From: Tubiluchus corallicola
Taxonomy: Eukaryota > Animalia > Priapulida
NCBI GenBank assembly: GCA_030141605.1
Contig: JAQGDQ010000021.1
Span: 930,001-994,000, forward strand
Length of the DNA: 64,000 nucleotides
Direction of reading: 5' to 3'
Below, piece by piece: positions 14,787 through 27,824 of this stretch. Each line of letters starts with the position of its first letter. The first letter of the stretch is position 1. The position numbers and the translations under genes are program-made. The notes beneath the pieces were generated by a model that had not been told where the DNA came from, did not search any database, and saw only the letters and a program-made list of their open reading frames with translations.

Positions 14787-15292
14787 GGCTTGGTGCAGCA
14801 GTGTTTAAAAAACTGGACTATATCCTAGCTCTGTGCTGTTTACTTGTCTAGGGAATTGAGACAGCTTTTGTCTAACTAGAGACCTCCAATAGAATATAAG
14901 CAGCAATGGAGCTCAAGGAATTACAATTTAACAACACGACTGCCCATGTCACAAGTGCTGATATAATGGTCAAAAATAATATCCACCACCGCAGAAGCAG
15001 AGATATCACGTCCGAAGTTTGTCAATACGGTCCTGGAAAAAAATTTGCAATAACTCGATTGCAGTTGCAGCTGTTGCTTTACGTTCGAGTAACGGCTTTC
15101 TCTGAAAGTGGCACCTGGCTGCGCAGTAATGCTGCGCAGATGCGGCGCATTGTGATCATAGTTTCGTCATTCTTTGCATATCTCACGGATGCTGTTGCCG
15201 TAATAAAGGTACCGTTCCGCCATTGCAGATACTGTACGTGTTCAGCTAGCGGTATCACAAAGGGATGCTGTAGAGGGAATTACAAGAGACAG
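14787..15292 (+). other. Probable upstream exon of TEAD (leader with a 130-codon uORF and an in-frame AUU)
   Basis: TTACAG acceptor ending at 14786 and CAG|GTTTGA donor at 15293; GC content higher than flanks; joins the TTTAG acceptor ending at 16215, 25 nt before the TEAD AUG. The 5' boundary is uncertain. Confidence 0.5.
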
Positions 15293-15591
15293 GTTTGAAA
15301 TTAAATTGTTGAATTTGATTGTTCTTGCTTTCTCATTTGAGGTCTATTTTTTGTTCTGTAGTTGATAATTAGCCGGGCGTAGAAATATACAATTAAATTT
15401 GATTACTAATGTTTATTGTCAATTATTTCATTGGTAAGCTATAGACTAATATCAATAAGGCACTTCAATTTAAATTTGATTTGGCGAATTCTGCTGACTC
15501 CTTATAGTACTTAAAATGTGAAAGTTCTCCTGAACCTTGTCATCTTTAACACGAATAAAATGTTGGATGCTCTTTACAATCTCACAACAGA

Positions 15592-16045
<454 letters not shown>

Positions 16046-16240
16046 CAGTAATCAATTGTGAAAATGTATAGAGCATTCGACGTTTTATTCATGTTAAAGT
16101 CATAGTAGACTAGATCAGCCTCATACTTGATAGTGATCGAGTCGATCACAACCATGGTATGCTTCTAAAGAAAAGCTATGGATTCGAATGTTTGAGACTA
16201 TGTCCCCTTGTTTAGGTTTGAGAGTTTCGGGCAATCAAAC

Positions 16241-19200
16241 ATGGCAGAGTGGAACGGTGATGAGCACGAAGAGGATGATGACGACGAAAGAGGAGCCGAC
16301 AAGTGTGACCTCTCAGACGGTGAAGGTGTGTGGTCACAAGATATTGAACAAAGCTTTATGGAAGCACTTGCAATATATCCACCCTGCGGAAGGCGTAAAA
16401 TTATACTGTCAGATGAAGGAAAGATGTATGGTATGAATGACGCATTGATTATTTTTATCCTGATTGCCTCCAGCCGAATTACTAATTTTTTATGTTGGCT
16501 AAAATTACTAGCTGCACTTCAATCCTTATTTTTATTTTAAGTAAAATTATTGTGATTTTGTATGTAATTATCCAGTCTTACGTTCAACTTTCAAAATGTT
16601 AATATGAAAAACATGCTTGTAGTAAGGGTATTCTACCAGCAAGCGAATTCGAATCAAGTCAAATTTGTGACTTTCGAATTCGAATCAAACCGAATTTCAG
16701 CCATCAGAATCACAAATAAAAATAAATAACCTGTCTCATAAAGATCATTCGCATTACTTGGTTTTGTTTTGCAGTAAAACACTAATAATTTGTTTAAAGA
16801 TTGTTCACAGAAATCGCAGCTGAACTGTGCTGACTGCATGATGTTTTAACGTGTTAATGATAAAGAAAGTGCTGATTATTCAAAGGATCCTTCATTTTAG
16901 GATCGTCTGTTAAAATACACCTACGCCGTGACGATCGGTTCAAATTACAATTCTTTATGAGTTGCTATGGAGTAGTTACTCCTTAATTTTAGCCTCAGCT
17001 CATAACAGTTGACATACATTGAATATGGCAGTGCAGTGATAGCAGGACTGCAACGCGTTTTCTACGTGCGCCTAAAGAAAAGATATTATTGATCCAGCGA
17101 GCTGAAGCCAAGAAACGCTGCGCTTTCAGCACATACATCACATAGTTGGAATTCCTGGCTGACTCAGGTGGCTGTTCAATGCATTATTTGCTGACAGTGT
17201 ACACAGCGGGGACCATATCATTACGTAAAGAAATATAAAGCTTGAGTCAGCAAAACATTGCACGCTTGGATGCATGCCTTCCTAGTAGTGATTTATTTCC
17301 TCGCGCCAGGGACTTTTGATTTTTGGTATCGATAAAACGGTGTACGGCATTTAAAACGACTTCATATTGCAATTTTTTTCAAAAAAGGGTTGCATTACTT
17401 TGAGTAATTTTGCATGGACGTTTTTCTTTGCGAATGCTGAGCTTACTGGTACTCCCTACTAACGTTATTGGTGCTGAGAGAACCAAGCAAGCAGGACCAG
17501 ATTGTGACCTTTAGGGGCCCCTAGCCTAATGAAATTATCGGGGCTCCCTCAGACGGAGCCACCCTCTAACTCGCCCGCACCCGTCTTGAATATTTTTACT
17601 CGTGATATATTTTATCGATATTTGCATTGCTTGAAGCTTTGAAGTAAACTTATTGCAAATCCTTTAAATAAACTAGAATAAGCTTAGCTATCTTTTATTT
17701 GTCAATAAAATATTCTTTAATGGCGCGTTCAGACGTAGAGATCCCTCGGAACTTGTTGCGCAGCTTCTCTCTGAGAGTAAAGTTGCACGTTGGAACGGCT
17801 TGGCAACGTCTCTCGCAACTTATTGCAAACTCAGTGAGACTTGCTGAGAGTTAACTTGCATAATAAGTTTAGAGAGAAGTTGCCAAGCCATTCACAAGTG
17901 CAACTTTGCTCTCAGAGAGAAGTTGCGAGAGAAATTTCTACGTCTGAACGCGCCGTCAGTAATACCACTATTTTACTGTTTAATGTAAAACCAAATTAGC
18001 ACATATTTCAACACAAACGTAGCGAAAAAACAGATTCTTTTACCAAAGTTTAATGTTAAAAAGGCTTGGAGGACTCGAGCTTAAGAAGCCCTAATCTGCA
18101 GCTAGTTAATAGCCTATACAATAATCTGGCCCTGCTTGTATGATAAATGCATTCAAACTTTTGCTAAATTTCTTTTGAACTTACTGACCTCTTGAAATTT
18201 CTCACATACATCGTTCACCCTCACTTGCAACTGGATGTCTAGCAACTATCTTAACCTACAGCAAAAGGAATAATTTGAAATTGAGCCGTTTTTAAGTAGG
18301 TCTACATACCAGCAGTTCTGCTATGTCAGCTTCTGTACCAGCGAGAGCATAGTTTTGTTGCTGATATAATCACTAAAATTTGTTTACGAAGTTCACACAC
18401 ATTCACAGTCAGATATCCAGCAACTATCTTAATTTACAGTCAAAGAAAAAGAAATTAAATTGAGCTATTTCCAAGTGTTGCTCTGTGCCAGTACTGAAAT
18501 ACTCCTGTAACTGATATGAAAATTTTGAAGAGCTATAATTCATTATATTAATTACCGATTGAGATTGTTTGTGTTTAGGTCGTAATGAATTGATTGCGAG
18601 GTACATTAAGTTACGCACTGGAAAGACACGAACTCGAAAACAAGTTTCTAGCCACATTCAGGTACTTGCTAGAAAGAAATCCAGAGAACTTCAGTGTAAA
18701 CTTAAGGTAAAAATATCATTTTTTTAGTATAATTTCATTGTTTAAACATGCAAGAATCCGCAATTGCACCTCTCCTGCGATGTGGGTGAATTCAATGCTT
18801 CATGTAATATTTCCACTGAGCCGAGTGGCATAAATTCATAGTGTTGCCTAACATGTCTTGTTAACATAATTTTCTCATTTGTTTGAAAATTCATACTTAT
18901 CATAGGACCAGGTGGCCAAGGAAAAGGCTATGCAATCTTTGGCTGGAATGTCTTCTGCACAAATAGTGTCTGCTTCTGCAATTCACAACAAGAGTACAGG
19001 AAACAATATGGGTGGCATGGCTCCCTACGGCGGGATGAGTGCCGATAGGAGTGCTTTTCCAGCATCTGCACCAACGGTAAACTAACTCTTGATTTACGTT
19101 GTAGCGGTATGATGGAGACACTTGGTGATTTTTGACAAAATGACAAAGTGGATCTGCTGATTAAAGTTTTGTATGTGTATCTAATAGTTCTTGGCAGCAT

Positions 19201-22200
19201 TTAATAGTTTTACACAATGTGTGAGCAATGTATATTTTGTAAAACATGTAGAGTCAAAAAAGAAAACGAATCAACAACATTTTGAACATTAAAAGAAAAC
19301 AGGATGATTTTTTATATCCTACCCCATTTTGAAGTACGGTAAAGAGTATACATTGTAGGCCTAATTGAAATACATTGCTACTGTACAACATTCAGTGTGA
19401 TATACAAAAACTTGTGAAATTTTAAGTTTAAAATTCAAATTTCAACTTTACCGCTGTGCTCATGCTTGAGTTCTTGAATGTGTGCACGAACCTCACAACT
19501 GAGCACCACTGTGTAGCACCAGTATCTATGTTTTTGCATTGCTTTTCCGAGATGCTGGAGCTAGGACCAATCTAACTAGTGAATGGTGATATGCATGTAA
19601 TAGTGAGGAACTAGCTACACAAATGTGAAATTACATTTCTGTGGTGTTAATTCTTTCGCATAAGTCATTCTTGAAAAAAATGGCATACTCCCTTTCAATA
19701 TTCTGTAGGGTAGATTGTTTTGAGCTATTTTTTTTACGATTGTGTTCGGTTTTCCTTTAATGTATTCTATGTCAGTAAATCTATTGTTTATTGCATGTGC
19801 CCATTTTGGTGTTTTTTGTGTTTGTGTTTAGCTACCTTGAGTTGATATTATTTGGCATTTTAAACACTAATTAGTCGCACATGTTCTTATTTAATAATGC
19901 TGGTTCAGTAATGTCTGTATTTATTGTTTACAGTTCTGGCAGTCAAATTCACAACCAATGAGAGGTGCATCTCAGACGTATGTACATTTTCACCATAACC
20001 TTATTTTTTACTAAAATTATAATAGGTCCTCTTGTTAATCTGGTATACAGGCTTTTTACAGTCATTCTTATTAATGTATAGGGAAAGGCTGTAATCATTT
20101 TAAAGTGATTTTACGTAAAAATACTTTTAATCTTCGTCAGCAAATTCACGCAATGAAGTCATACATAATTTTGTTTTTAACACCCATGTCATTTTAACTT
20201 TAAATATTTTTGCCCATCTGGAATGTACACTTACTAACCCTTTTTTAAATATTCAGCTTACTAATCACCTGTTCTTTGTGTAAATATTTATAAATTTGAT
20301 ATGTATTGTGGGAATATTTTTAAATACTGATTTTTAATTAAGTTTTGTTTACTATGCTATGGTACTTTTTATGCACTGAAATAAATAATACTGTACTTCA
20401 CTGATCAGTTGGCATGTTAGAGTTTTGCAATTTCTCTTCAGCATTTCTTCACTTAGTTTTATACAATTTCATCACTTTTAATTAATGCATCATACATTTT
20501 TTAGGATATCAAAGCCATATCACGGGCAGCAGTCGCATGCTGCAAATGTACCCACAGCAACACACTGGGAAGGTTGTGGTATCGGTACGTCCAGGTTTAA
20601 GCTGATAGAATTCTCGGCGTTCATGGAGCAGCAGCACAACTCTGATTCAGTGAGTGTTTGTTAGAGTTAGAAACATTGTATTTGAAAAACACAATTTACT
20701 TGCCACCAATAACGATTTAAAGCTAAAATAATTTTTAATTTTTTTTAACTGTTTTTATGTGTGCATCTTAATTTGGCTTTCGTAATATACTGCTATAGCA
20801 TTTTTAACAGTGTTTAAATTTTGCAGCATTTAATGCTTTTTCTTTGTCTTTTTAACATAGTATACCAAACACTTATTTGTTCATCTTGGTGGACCAGGAA
20901 CTGACATATCTGCTAGCATAGAGGTAACTGTTGGGTGTTCTTAAACTTTGAATCTATTTTGATGGTGTATCTGATAATAAAACTCGACGACTAATGGTGT
21001 GTTTAGACGTAGAGACATCTCTCGCAACTTCTCTCTGAGTCTCTGAGAGAAGTTGCCAAGCCGTTCACACCTTACAACAAGTTGCGACAGAAGTTGCTAA
21101 GCCATTCACACGTTGGAACAGGTTATGAGAGAAGTTGCTAATGTGTTCACACATCGCAACAAGTTGCGAGAGAAGTTGCTAAGCCGTTGCAAGTTTACTC
21201 TCAGAAAGAAGATGCGCAACAAGTTGCGAGAGAAGTCTCATTATCTGAACGCGCTATAATGGAAAAGGATTAACTGTTATTTTTAGACCAACTAAACTGA
21301 GCTTGAAAACTTGAAAATGATGAAAAAATATCTAGATTATTTGAAGCTGTGGTAATAATTACTTTTTAATGAAGCAGCAAATTAACAGATTTTGGTCCAC
21401 AACTCAATGGCTATAATTATGACTTAACATTTTATTGGCAAACTTGTAACTTTTCTGCTCACAAGTGATAGTCTTTTAACTAACGAGGCAACTTCACTGA
21501 ATATCATTTCAACAACAATAAACATTTTCAGAACACGAACCATACTAATTTATCTCATTTCAATGAATTAATTGCCATGGCTTTCTGTCGTTATACGTTA
21601 TAGGCTGTTGATATACGACAAATTTATGACAAGTTTCCGGAGAAGAAGGGTGGTTTACGTGATCTGTATGAAAAGGGGCCACAAGATGCTTTCTTTCTTG
21701 TTAAATTTTGGGTAAGATAATTTTTTATTTTGGATAGTAACTTATGTAAAATAAAATACTTTTTAATTTTACATGTTGTATCTTATAGACACACATTTGT
21801 TAATTCACTTATCATGAAAACTGTTAAAAACAAAATTTTTTTAGGCGGATCTTAATACGGAAATACAGGAAGAAGCAGGAGCTTTCTATGGTGTCACATC
21901 CATGTACGTATAAATTCACGTGGTAATCGGTGTTCTCGTAATCAGTACTATTATGATTATACGTAAAAAACATTTCTAATTTTATCTGTACTGACTGCTG
22001 TGCAGACATTTTTAGACTGAATAAAATTTCTTCATGTTTTCAGTATCTGCTCTGACGAATAAAGTTATTTTCACATTTTGCTTGCAATTTAAAGCCATTA
22101 GCTAATCGAATATTGAATACTATTGAAATGATTACAGATATGAAAGTGTAGAAGACATAACTATCACTTGTTCAACCAAAGTTTGTAGTTTTGGAAAACA

Positions 22201-23905
22201 AGTTGTCGAGAAGTTGGAGGTAATTTAGTTCAGTAATAAGTTTAGTGGATGCCCACACGAATGTGTAATCAGTAGCTAGTAATAATTATTATTTTTTTAT
22301 TATGCATAATGCAGTGGCATCTATTGACAAGAAAAATGAAGCATTTAAGTTAAAGCCTCTGTAATATCACTGTTATTTTTATATTAGATTTTCTCTAAAA
22401 ATTTCAAATGTTAAAGCCATTTGCAATGAGCTCAGTACTCTATCAGAGGAGATAACCGTTTATCAGTATTTTTAATTTTTCAGACTGAGCATGCTCGATA
22501 TGAGAATCACAAGTACGTTTACCAAATTGTGCGCTCACCTATGTGTGAGTACATGATCAACTTCATACATAAACTTAAGCAGCTTCCGGAAAAATATATG
22601 ATGAACAGCGTCTTGGAAAACTTTACAATTTTACAGGTATCTCAAAAGATTTTAATAGGTTGTTAATCAGTTTACTTATCACATTTCAAATCTAATTGTT
22701 TTCCATATTCATAGCAATACATATGCTTTTCATAGCCATATGCTTTTCAAGGTCTGTCAGCCAACTTGTGAAAAATGTTGATAATGACGTTTGTTAGAAT
22801 GGCAAATTACTGACATTAAACTTTGTTTTATGTTTGTACCTTTTTGGCAATTTCTATAGTAGCACTGCAAAAGCAGGACTGGCCTTAGGAAGTGCAGGGC
22901 CTTACTGGAAACAATTAGGTGGGCGCTAGCTAAAGTCTATAGAATGGTAAAAATGTTCTATTATAGGCTTTATATTTCTATGACAGAATGGAAAGCAGTT
23001 AAAATGTGTGCTCAAAAAGTGTGGTGCGAATTAGTTAATGGACCAAACTGCTACATATAACACATATTACACATTGCATATGTGTAAGCGCAACAAGTAG
23101 CAAACAAAATGTTTAGATCACCTCCAAGAAGTACAAAGTTACAACATCACTTGTTTTAATCACTGTGAAATGATTTATTAAAATTAGCAATAAATTTTCA
23201 TTCTGATTAAAATGAAATTACAAGTGAACAGCATTGCTGGAGCATGGGGATTGATCCCACTTACTCTCTAGCACAGGGTCCTCTGAGCATGGGGCCTGAT
23301 TTGGTGAAATTGGTCCAATTGGCTTAAGGCCAGTCCTGACAAAAATGGTGTTTGCAAGTGTCAACTATAGTGGTACTGAAGGCACTTTGTTTGACTAGAA
23401 TAGGCACTTAGAAGAGAATAGAATTAGAAAAAGCAAAGTTTGTATAGATTGATAACTAGTGCCATCGATCTTTCATGTTTAAACAATGCCGTCAAGCAAC
23501 AATGGATTTTATTATTATTTGAACCTGGATTGTGTCTTCTGCAGACAATAGTCTTGCTTTGAAAGCATGACATCCGCTCAAAAATGTTTTACCATTTACG
23601 CTAGCTTGAATATTTCACATATTGTTAACCTGGTGTAGAATAACATTTAAATTACAAACTATTTAAATTAAGTTAGTTGCCTAGCAAATTGCTTGGGGTA
23701 AAAGTTATCAGTAATTAATTAAATAGAATAGCATGTCAAAAATGTGATGGCTGTACAGAGATGCATCAGTTACAACTCGCACATTTTTCAGGTTGTTTCA
23801 AATCGAGATACTCAAGAAATTTTGCTTTGCATAGCATATGTTTATGAAGTGTCAACGAGCGAGCATGGTGCACAACATCACATCTACAAACTTGTCAAAG
23901 ACTGA
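16241..23905 (+). CDS. TEAD1: TEA-domain transcription factor (TEAD/TEF-1/scalloped), 11 coding exons, ~418 aa from the AUG
   Basis: Exons 16241-16430, 18579-18706, 18906-19076, 19934-19977, 20505-20649, 20861-20923, 21604-21711, 21845-21903, 22138-22219, 22484-22636, 23792-23905; all GT-AG and phase-consistent. TEA domain [37 protein letters not shown]|[36 protein letters not shown]-binding domain with [47 protein letters not shown] (palmitoylated Cys motif) and end [14 protein letters not shown]. The symbol denotes the family; this is likely a single invertebrate orthologue. Confidence 0.97.
17492..18134. mobile_element. hAT-like non-autonomous element in TEAD intron 1
   Basis: Termini CAGGACCAGATT / AATCTGGCCCTG with GGGGCCCC subterminal motifs; no TSD recovered. 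Confidence 0.55.
17721..17955. mobile_element. Palindromic Harbinger/PIF-like MITE, copy 1, nested in a larger element
   Basis: Perfect TIR GGCGCGTTCAGACGTAGA / TCTACGTCTGAACGCGCC; internal GAGAAGTTGC subrepeats; flanks TAA/TCA. Confidence 0.85.
19289..19760 (+). mobile_element. TTAA-ended MITE family B, copy 1 (TEAD intron 3)
   Basis: TTAAAAGAAAACAGG...GGTTTTCCTTTAA; collinear with 61756-62391 (ATCCTACCCCATTTTGAA, GCTGTGCTCA, TAAGTCATTCTT, TAGGGTAGATTGTTT). Confidence 0.82.
20995..21256. mobile_element. Palindromic Harbinger/PIF-like MITE, copy 2 (TEAD intron 6)
   Basis: TGGTGTGTTTAGACGTAGAGA...TCTGAACGCGCTA flanked by TAA on both sides; same AGAAGTTGC subrepeats. Confidence 0.8.
22874..23338. 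mobile_element. hAT-like non-autonomous element in TEAD intron 10
   Basis: 14-bp perfect TIR CAGGACTGGCCTTA / TAAGGCCAGTCCTG; TSD degenerate. Confidence 0.75.
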
Positions 23906-26429
23906 CTCAGCGTCAAAAACACCAATACACCCTCCAAGTGTAAAATCTGGTGACTGTTGTACAGGTAATCCCAAAATCTTGAATTTCCCAAAATGGTTTG
24001 TTCAATTTGTATTATTATGAAACTATGTATTTTTGCTGTGCGCGTGTTTGTATGTTTATCGATACTGAAACTAATGCTAATATCGTGGTATAATGATATA
24101 ATTGTTAAATCAAATACCACAATGTCAAAAAATTCTTTCAGAGACGTGAATCTTCAATAACTTTTTGTTCTACCTTCTGCTTTATAGTGCAGGTTTCGTT
24201 ATCACCGCAATGTTGTTAGCTAAGCAACACCCAAAGTCTCACTTATCATTGCTAAATGTTAAATTATGTGACCAAATTGCCTCACTTTGGTTGCCGCACT
24301 TCATATCACCAACTTCTCTAGTTGTCTGTATAATGTGCTTGTGATAGCATGTATAAAAAAGGTATGTAGTTTTATACTTCTTTGACGTGTGCTTTAATTA
24401 TGTTAATGTGATTCGCATTTTACTGTAGTTTTTATAGCTTTTTGTGATACACAGAAAAAATGGCTACACAGCTTTTGAATTTTACGAAAAATAAAATTAA
24501 TTTTTATATCGTTGTTTGTTTCTGCGGGTGCTCCTTTCTGTCTCGTGGGATAATATGTTGGTTATGTATCTTAAAATAGTGCAAAATTACTATTAACACC
24601 TTCAGAATTTGTTGTACAATCATTTTGTTAAAACTGCACCTTTGAAATGTTTATGCCATGAAAGTAACAGTGCTGCGAATAAAAACTGGATGAATACTAA
24701 CCGAAAAAAATGAAAAGATACATAACTTTATGAACAGCAGTTGAAAAAACAAGGCTAATTAGCATTAAAGCCTGAAGGTGAAATCTCAACAGTGTACCCA
24801 GGTTTCTTTTTTGCTGCAAAAATTTAATCAAAAATATTCTTCTGTCATTTAATATATTCATAACTGTACAAATGTTCATTTTTTGTTGTAGCAACTGTTA
24901 TCAATAAATTTCTAATGTTTTTCTGATATTTTTGCATAACTTGTGCTGAAATCAAAGTACGGTTTCAGTTTGAGAGTGTACATGAATTTTTCAAAGAAAT
25001 GCATGACCATCTCTGAACAATAAGATTTACAATAAGTGATTTGCAATATCTGATATCTGATAAGCAGAAAATTTTGTTGCCTGTATCCAATTCGGTGATT
25101 TTTTATTTTTATTTTTAAGAGTACTTTAAGGGCCGGAATATGAACCTCCCTTCAATATAATGAAACAGCTTTGTTAAAATGCTCTTGTACAAAACTGGTG
25201 TGCTTACATTTCAAAGATACTTTGTATTTTTGTATAATAAAATAACAATGTTTATATAACTGATAATTATAGCCTCTGTGTCAGTTATACCATGCCGCTC
25301 AATACATGGCTCAATTGATAAATCAAAACGTTTGTGGCTACCGTAGAAAAATGTGAATTCCATGTTTCACGGCACTCGCATACCTTGAAAAGATTTAATT
25401 ACTTTATAGAAAAATATATTTTTATTAATAGTTGAAATTTTTGTGCAATACAATGTTAAAATTATTAAATGATAATGCGAAAGATGTTCTTAGTAATACT
25501 TTTTTGAACTAAATTCACATTTTTTCTGCCGTTTTGCCTTCCAGCTGTCGAATATCATGGCTATAAAATTTACATTTTGTATACTATTAGCAAATGTACT
25601 GTAATTCTATACAGAAAAAATATTTTTAGTATTATTTATTATCGTGTGTGTGTGTTTGTACTTTTAAATGGGCCCAGGGTGTTGTATTGTGGATCTGTGT
25701 GTAATTACCTCGTGATGTTTACGTAATATTGTTCACCAGTGCTATGAAAATGTAAAATAAAGTCATTATTTATTTCTGGCAACTAGTCTTTATGGATTTC
25801 CAATACTTTAGCAGCTGTGCTATAATTTCCGTATATTCTTGGCAGAAATTGTGCTCAACTACAAAACATAACAATCAGTAATGGTCAACAAAAGGTTTGT
25901 CAACCTCTAGCTATTTGGTCCCTTTTAACAAGCAATTTGCCAGTCGGGATGAGGAGTTTGGGTCAGCAGTGAAATTAGAATATGGCTAGGATACCTCTGC
26001 TGATGCAGTAACTCATTCTAGTGGCCTAGTCTTGATAATGAACTAGGTCATGACCTCGTTATGACCATTCAACTGTGAGCAGGACCTAGGAACAACATAA
26101 TCTTTCCCTATGGATGTTTTGTCTTCTATGGATGGATAATCTTCAAAATCATTTGTTCATCCCAATATTAATTCTGGACATAGCTCTCCCACCGGAGAAT
26201 TTTCCGTGGACAATCATGACCGCTTAAACCCAAGCCCTTAAAAACATTGATCAAATTTAAATCACAATTCTTGTGCTATGCTATGCAATCGCTGCCAAAC
26301 TCACTTCATGATTCAAATATCACTTCAACAAGAACAATAAGTGTGAGTACTTTAATGACAGTGAGAGAGTGCAGAAATTCAGAGCAAGTGCAAGTGGTAA
26401 TGAAATATGAAGTACACATTTTATTTTGT

Positions 26430-26900
26430 AGGAAAGGCCAAGCCTTCTGAGAAGTTAGGCATATTCAAGTGTTCTCAAAAAACGTTAGGCTTCAGTAATA
26501 AACCTGTGATAAGCGCCTTGTGTAATTAGTAAATCAATTTAAAGTCGTGATCATTTCTCGCTCGGGCATTTTGAACGCCTGTTCTTCCTCCAATAATGCC
26601 ATTCATTGAATGAAGAAAAGCAGTGTACTGCCAATTTTCATCAAAAGTAAAATAAGTTTTTACAAAAAAAAATTAGCTAATTTTGTGATATTTTTGTGTG
26701 AACATTAGGTAAGTTGGAGAAGTTTAAGTATATTTAAGCAGAGCATGCTTGCGGAAAGCCACAATGCACCCACAAATAGTCACGAAATCCATCAGTTACA
26801 TCATAATTTTCATGTGAAGGGCAGCTACCAAAAAATTTCTATACAGGGGTAATGTAAATTAACTTTATAGACTGTTTTTTGCAAATTTCTTGGTTATATT
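26430..26900 (+). repeat. Dispersed repeat family C, copy 1 (TEAD-TBC1D15 spacer)
   Basis: AGGCCAAGCCTTC..GAAGTTAGGC...GAAGAAAAGCAG...GAACATTAGGTAAG...CCATCAGTTAC shared with 29715-30150. Confidence 0.75.
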
Positions 26901-27824
26901 GATCTATGTTTAAGGATTACATTAATGTAAACCCAACTTGCTAAGTGACCTGGCACTCCTTTAATGGTTCAAAAAAACATGAAATATGGCCAAAAATATC
27001 GAAACAGGTACTGCTTTATATAGTTAAATAGCATTGAAAAACTTCTTGAAAAGCAATGGCCAGCAAACAAGTCAAAAGTTTGTAAAATGCAGTGTAAACT
27101 TAAATAGATAATTTAATTATTTATTTCACAAACATTAACCTTTTCTCTAGCAAATACATGTAATACAGTAGCATCTATACAAATAAATAAAGATTACTTA
27201 CTACATATATTTATTTTTTGTTCCTATAATAAAAATAATCAGCATACAGTATGTACTCACTAGTTTGCACACAACAGGAACCCTTTGCTGCTTTACATTT
27301 TGCATTTATCTTTTATAACAAATTTTATTTTACACATTAGTATAAACATGAAGCAAAAAACAATATTCTTAAATACAAACTGGTGAAAAAGAAAACATTA
27401 GTTAGATGGTGAAATGTGAATAGCTTCACTTTTTCTAGAAATACAGCAATGATTGAAAAGTTAAAGCTTCAGGGTAATGAAAGCAATGCTGCACTTGCAT
27501 AGTGTCATATCTGATATGCGTAAAATTCGCTTTTTACGTAAAAATATAAAACTGCAAAATGCCACCAGAGCAAAAGAGTATTCCTATGTTCCTTAGATTT
27601 TTTTAATTATAGTTTGTGCAAACCAAAATCATATTTTTTTACATATTTTATGTTGTACTTTCCTCTGCCATACAGTATAAGATTATAAGTAAATCAGAAA
27701 ATGTATTTTGAAACATAAACAGAAGGACTGTACATCAGACACAAATGCATTAATAGTAAATTGCAATAATGGCAAAAATTATTACAAAAAATATTCTTTA
27801 CTGTACAGATTACATTGCAGTAAA

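Noticed and set aside
17770-21240. Regularly repeated GAGAAGTTGC units as a CRISPR-like array
   Set aside because: Units are internal subrepeats of two MITEs, spacers are not unique, the context is eukaryotic and there are no cas genes.
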